From Bdellovibrionales bacterium (GTDB taxonomy: Bacteria; Bdellovibrionota; Bdellovibrionia; Bdellovibrionales; UBA1609): a DNA stretch of 34,887 nt. Made by a program: the position numbers and the translations under genes. Shown one piece after another: positions 34,123 to 34,887 of the stretch (its first letter is position 1; each line of letters opens with the position of its first letter). The stretch spans positions 1 to 34,887 of the forward strand of contig JBGSQJ010000340.1 in assembly GCA_041738165.1 (NCBI GenBank), in the 5' to 3' direction. Under the pieces are notes generated by a model. The model did not search any database and was not told the DNA's origin. It saw only the letters and a program-made list of their open reading frames with translations.

Positions 34123-34464
34123 TTAAAGATCATTAAAGAGGAATAAAATCGGGCAGGCCGCCTGCTCAAAACTCGGGTCGGTCATGGCCAAGGTTTTTGG
34201 ACTCTCAAACCCTTGCGCCTTTAAAAATTCTCGAATCACAGAACGCACATAGGGCGGAAAGAACGCCTCCGTCGGCACGCCGATGATTGGCTTTTCGCCT
34301 GAGCCCAAGACCACTTGCCCCGGCTCATCCTTCCACCAGCCAAAGTTGAGTCCGATCATGGCGTCAATCAAAGACCCGGCAGTGCTCAAAGAGATCCTGA
34401 GCCATCTTGGTCCGCCATATCCAGCGCCCACACCGTGGCCAGCATGTAGACCTCCTGGCGCCAC
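34123..34464 (-). CDS. Hypothetical protein (coding status and start uncertain)
   Basis: The evidence is the ORF only. It lies downstream of, and on the same strand as, the secreted-protein gene at 34486. I recognised no motif. An internal start (MIGLNFGWWKDEPG...) is possible. Confidence 0.3.
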   Translation of the reverse strand: MAPGGLHAGHGVGAGYGGPRWLRISLSTAGSLIDAMIGLNFGWWKDEPGQVVLGSGEKPIIGVPTEAFFPPYVRSVIREFLKAQGFESPKTLAMTDPSFEQAACPILFLFNDL

Positions 34465-34485
34465 TCCGCCCCTTCTGCTGAATAA

Positions 34486-34887
34486 TCAATTTACTGTAAC
34501 AGTGATCCGCTCAGTATCGATCGATCGACCTTGTCCATAAGCATCGTAAACGCGTACGCGAAATACGTTTTCTCCGCGGTTCAACCCTTCTGAATTATCC
34601 CAGTGGTCCTCGCCGAAAATAAGTGGTTGAACAAGGTGACCCTCAAGACGCAGCGTTACGTTCTTGTAAGAAGGTACAGTTGCTTGTTTAACAACTTCAC
34701 CGGTGCGCTCGTTGATCAATTGAACAAGAATGTCATTTGTATTGAAATTCTCCTCAATATCTCGGTCCTCAACATAGACTTCGATATTCGCCGCCCAGTA
34801 GTTTCCGCGCCCCAAGGCTTTGGGTTGTTTCGCAGGACGAATATTTGTCGAAGATTGCAAGCGCGCTGACACCATAGAGGCAAAGGT
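34486..34887 (-). CDS. Hypothetical, probably secreted beta-rich protein (the N-terminus may lie beyond the right edge of the window)
   Basis: The frame stays open to the window end (..TFASMVSARLQSS..), which looks like the end of a signal peptide. The remainder has an alternating, beta-strand-like composition (VTLRLEGHLV, VFRVRVYDAYG, ITVTVN). Confidence 0.45.
   Translation of the reverse strand, partial: TFASMVSARLQSSTNIRPAKQPKALGRGNYWAANIEVYVEDRDIEENFNTNDILVQLINERTGEVVKQATVPSYKNVTLRLEGHLVQPLIFGEDHWDNSEGLNRGENVFRVRVYDAYGQGRSIDTERITVTVN

Noticed and set aside
34517-34528. A 12-bp palindrome, TCGATCGATCGA.
   Set aside because: It lies inside a coding region (…SIDRSID…), is short, and has no partner sites. 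It is most likely incidental.
1-34887. A search for CRISPR arrays, tRNA/rRNA genes, transposases or integrases.
   Set aside because: I saw no regularly spaced repeats, no tRNA-like cloverleaf candidates in the few intergenic gaps, and no transposase or integrase motifs in any ORF. The only repeat found is the 29-bp pair at 27178 and 27478.

Overview
This window looks like a chromosomal segment from a Bdellovibrio-like predatory bacterium (Bdellovibrionota). The pointers are an MglA GTPase with a Ser P-loop and no adjacent MglB, a cN-II-type 5'-nucleotidase, and very compact operons with many overlapping stop/start codons. That taxonomic placement is an inference from gene content only. Most of the window is housekeeping, in this order: xthA, a 2-Cys peroxiredoxin, hldD, a long-form aromatic amino acid hydroxylase, trmJ, hppD-hmgA-ribD, a complete pantothenate-to-CoA operon (DUF2520 Rossmann gene-panB-panC-coaBC-coaX-panD), srkA, SRP RNA-dnaX-ybaB-recR-mglA-nadA, and a PilZ protein. 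Four things are not explained by housekeeping. (1) A six-gene, translationally coupled signalling operon on the minus strand (about 15548 down to 8111) contains a HAMP-PP2C phosphatase, a GHKL Ser-kinase-like protein and a STAS protein. These are followed directly by a PAS-containing CheA-like kinase that lacks a CheW domain, a CheY, and a REC-PATAN(DUF4388)-TPR protein. No sigma factor gene is present. (2) A GspS/YgiC-like ATP-grasp amidoligase sits next to a divergent SelO/YdiU-like kinase-fold protein (1545..4670). (3) A small accessory islet (26.2-28.2 kb) holds an HNH endonuclease gene broken by a single in-frame TAG, a perfect 29-bp direct repeat spaced exactly 300 bp apart around the HNH motif, and a convergent YgjP-like metallopeptidase. 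(4) A rhodanese gene carries one in-frame TAA at a conserved Glu position. I recognised no rRNA, tRNA, CRISPR array or transposase. All domain calls come from reading motifs in the translations by eye; no searches were run.
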